From: an uncultured Oligoflexus sp.
GTDB taxonomy: Bacteria; Bdellovibrionota_B; Oligoflexia; Oligoflexales; Oligoflexaceae
NCBI GenBank assembly: GCA_964236955.1
Contig: CAXSGP010000014.1
Span: 12,489-39,799, forward strand
Reading direction: 5' to 3'
Length of the DNA: 27,311 nucleotides
The notes under the pieces were generated by a model that did no database searches, had not been told where the DNA came from, and saw nothing but the letters and a program-made list of their open reading frames with translations. Within the stretch, counting starts at the first letter, position 1, and every line of letters starts with the position of its first letter. The position numbers were made by a program, and so were the translations under genes. Positions 25,446 through 27,311 of the stretch are shown here, one piece after another.

Positions 25446-27039
25446 CGGCTTGTCTCCCATCGGGAGTATTGGCACCGCTCATGGCTAAACCCAGCTCCTT
25501 TTCATTGCAGGTGCCGCCTTCAAAAGTTTTGCTGATACCAAAATTCTCAAGCACAGCGATACGATCGGAGAGGGCGATGATTTCGTCAAGCTCCGAGGAT
25601 ATGAGAAGGATCGCCAACCCCTGGGCTTTTAATTCCAGGAGCTTTCTATGAATGATCTGTATCGCCCCTATATCCACGCCCCGGGTGGGATGGACGGCAA
25701 TGAGGAGTTTGGGGCGATGATGAACCTCGCGAGCGATGATCAGTTTTTGCTGATTTCCCCCTGAAAAATTCCGGAGGCTAAGGTCGGGAAGCTGCGGTAC
25801 GACTCCAAAATTTTCCATCCCCTGGACCGTGGCCCGCCTTACCGTTGACCAGCGGACAAACGGGCCAAAGCGAAAGGACTTTCGTTTTTGATATCCCAGA
25901 AGAAAATTCTGAACAGCCGATCTATCGAGAAGAAGAGCCTCATGATGGCGGTCGGCGGGAACACACCCGAGGCCCGCTGCCGTTAATTCGGAGGTGGCCA
26001 TCGCACGCATATCCCGGCCGCTAAAAGCTAAAATTTTAACGCTATGATCCGTTAGAAATTCGCGCGGATGACGGAGAGCTTTGACAAGTTCGCTCTGACC
26101 GTTGCCTTCTATACCGGCAATGCCGAGGATTTCGCCCTTATGCAAAACGAGGGAACAAGTCCTGCCGGCAGATTTTCGAGCATCGCCTGATGCCAGCTGC
26201 AGATCGGCGATCTCAAGGACAGGCTGCCCGCTGCTCTTATCCAGCCGTGAATTTTTAACCGGCTCTATCCGCGCCCCTATCATGAGGGTGGCAAGGGTGT
26301 CAGCGTCCGTGTTTTTGGTTTCGACGGTGCAAAGGACGCGCCCGGCCCGAAAGATCGTGATGGCATCGGTGACGGCCAGGAGTTCCCGCAGTTTGTGTGT
26401 GACAATCAGAATCGTTTTGCCAGCTTTGGCCAAGGTCCGCAACAGCTCAAAGAAGCGTTCCACTTCCTTGGGCGTGAGGACTGCGGTCGGTTCGTCAAAT
26501 ATCAATATCTGGGCATCGATAGAGAGGAGCTTAAGGATCTCCACCCGCTGGCGGGCCCCGACGCTAAGATCTGCTATTGCACTATCGAGGGGAACGTCCA
26601 GACCATGAGCATTCATCAGGGCCAGGAGCTGGACTCTGGCTGCGTTGAGATTCAATAACTGAAGCACAGGAGCGAGGCGGGAAAGAGCCGGGTAGGTCGG
26701 TTCTTCGCCGAGGACTATATTCTCGAGAACGGTTTGCGCCTCGCTCAGCATAAAGTGTTGATGGACCATTCCGATCCCAAGGGCTTTGGCATCGTGAGGG
26801 GATCGCAATTCGCGGCGGATGCCATCGATCCAGATCTCGCCGTGGTCAGGTGGGATAACGCCGTAAAGCATCTTCATGGCAGTGGTTTTGCCGGCACCGT
26901 TTTCACCGAGTATGCCTTGAATACTGCCCTTGTGGACTTCAAAACTTACATCGGTATTGGCAACGCAAGGACCAAAGGCCTTGCGAAGCTCCTTGACTTT
27001 TACGGCAGGTGGCAGCGAAGCATTCCCGAACTGAATCAT
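25438..27039 (-). CDS. Nucleoside/sugar ABC transporter ATP-binding protein with two NBDs, NupA-like
   Basis: Walker A GENGAGKT, GIGMVHQHF, LSVGARQRVEI and IFDEPTAVL. Second NBD with GIEGNGQ, FSGGNQQK, PTRGVDIGA and LLISSELDE. Confidence 0.95.
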   Translation of the reverse strand: MIQFGNASLPPAVKVKELRKAFGPCVANTDVSFEVHKGSIQGILGENGAGKTTAMKMLYGVIPPDHGEIWIDGIRRELRSPHDAKALGIGMVHQHFMLSEAQTVLENIVLGEEPTYPALSRLAPVLQLLNLNAARVQLLALMNAHGLDVPLDSAIADLSVGARQRVEILKLLSIDAQILIFDEPTAVLTPKEVERFFELLRTLAKAGKTILIVTHKLRELLAVTDAITIFRAGRVLCTVETKNTDADTLATLMIGARIEPVKNSRLDKSSGQPVLEIADLQLASGDARKSAGRTCSLVLHKGEILGIAGIEGNGQSELVKALRHPREFLTDHSVKILAFSGRDMRAMATSELTAAGLGCVPADRHHEALLLDRSAVQNFLLGYQKRKSFRFGPFVRWSTVRRATVQGMENFGVVPQLPDLSLRNFSGGNQQKLIIAREVHHRPKLLIAVHPTRGVDIGAIQIIHRKLLELKAQGLAILLISSELDEIIALSDRIAVLENFGISKTFEGGTCNEKELGLAMSGANTPDGRQADG

Positions 27040-27069
27040 AATCAGGCCCTATCCCAGATCGATGACATA

Positions 27070-27311
27070 CTATTTTTTGATCGCGTAGTAATCGGGAACC
27101 TTGATTTTGCCACTAATAATGTCTTTTTTGATTTGAGCGATCTGCGCTCTTTGTTTGGCGTCGACGAGCTTGGCATTAAACTCGTCAAAGGCTAGGTCGA
27201 CACCATCGTTTGCCAATCCAAAACGAATGGTGCCGGCATTAAATTTATTTTCCACGGTGTCCTTAATCGTTTGATAGACGGCGACGTCCACGCGCTCGAG
27301 CGCGCGATCGA
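27070..27311 (-). CDS. BMP-family ABC substrate-binding lipoprotein, C-terminal fragment (truncated by the window edge)
   Basis: RVDVAVY, FGLANDGVDL and IKKDIISGKIKVPDY are typical of a BMP/PnrA C-terminus. Lies directly upstream of the ABC ATPase. Confidence 0.88.
   Translation of the reverse strand, partial: DRALERVDVAVYQTIKDTVENKFNAGTIRFGLANDGVDLAFDEFNAKLVDAKQRAQIAQIKKDIISGKIKVPDYYAIKK

Noticed and set aside
27291..27311. 14-bp perfect palindrome CGCGCTCGAGCGCG at the window end
   Set aside because: The translation here (DRALER) departs from the usual BMP S(M/A)xKR context, so it may be a contig-end artefact. It cannot be interpreted without reads.

Overview
Bacterial chromosomal window of moderate GC. 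The Cys-Lys-Thr lipoproteins and gene content tentatively suggest an Oligoflexia/Bdellovibrionota-like organism (inference only). Left to right it contains: (1) the 3' part of gltB and a complete gltD; (2) two tandem lipoprotein genes, one Pro-rich and one with RCC1-like repeats; (3) a stand-alone pair of KAS-III/OleA-like genes, one with a full Cys-His-Asn triad and one lacking it but keeping the OleA/LstB-type Glu, i.e. an LstAB-like heterodimer with no beta-lactone tailoring genes nearby; (4) a tightly coupled 7-gene minus-strand operon: atypical SDR, luciferase-like monooxygenase, Rhizobium-type asparaginase-like hydrolase, 2-aminomuconic semialdehyde dehydrogenase, 2-aminophenol 1,6-dioxygenase beta subunit, an alpha-subunit::RidA-deaminase fusion and a KynB-like cyclase, which looks like an unusual aminoaromatic catabolic route; (5) a 4-gene C39 peptidase / RimK-like ATP-grasp / GCS2 ligase / N-formylglutamate amidohydrolase operon; (6) a RimJ-like GNAT; (7) a secreted protein with Gly-Leu repeats; (8) a BMP-type nucleoside ABC transporter, truncated at the right edge. 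No rRNA, tRNA, CRISPR array or mobile element was recognised. All functional calls come from motif recognition by eye; no database searches were run.
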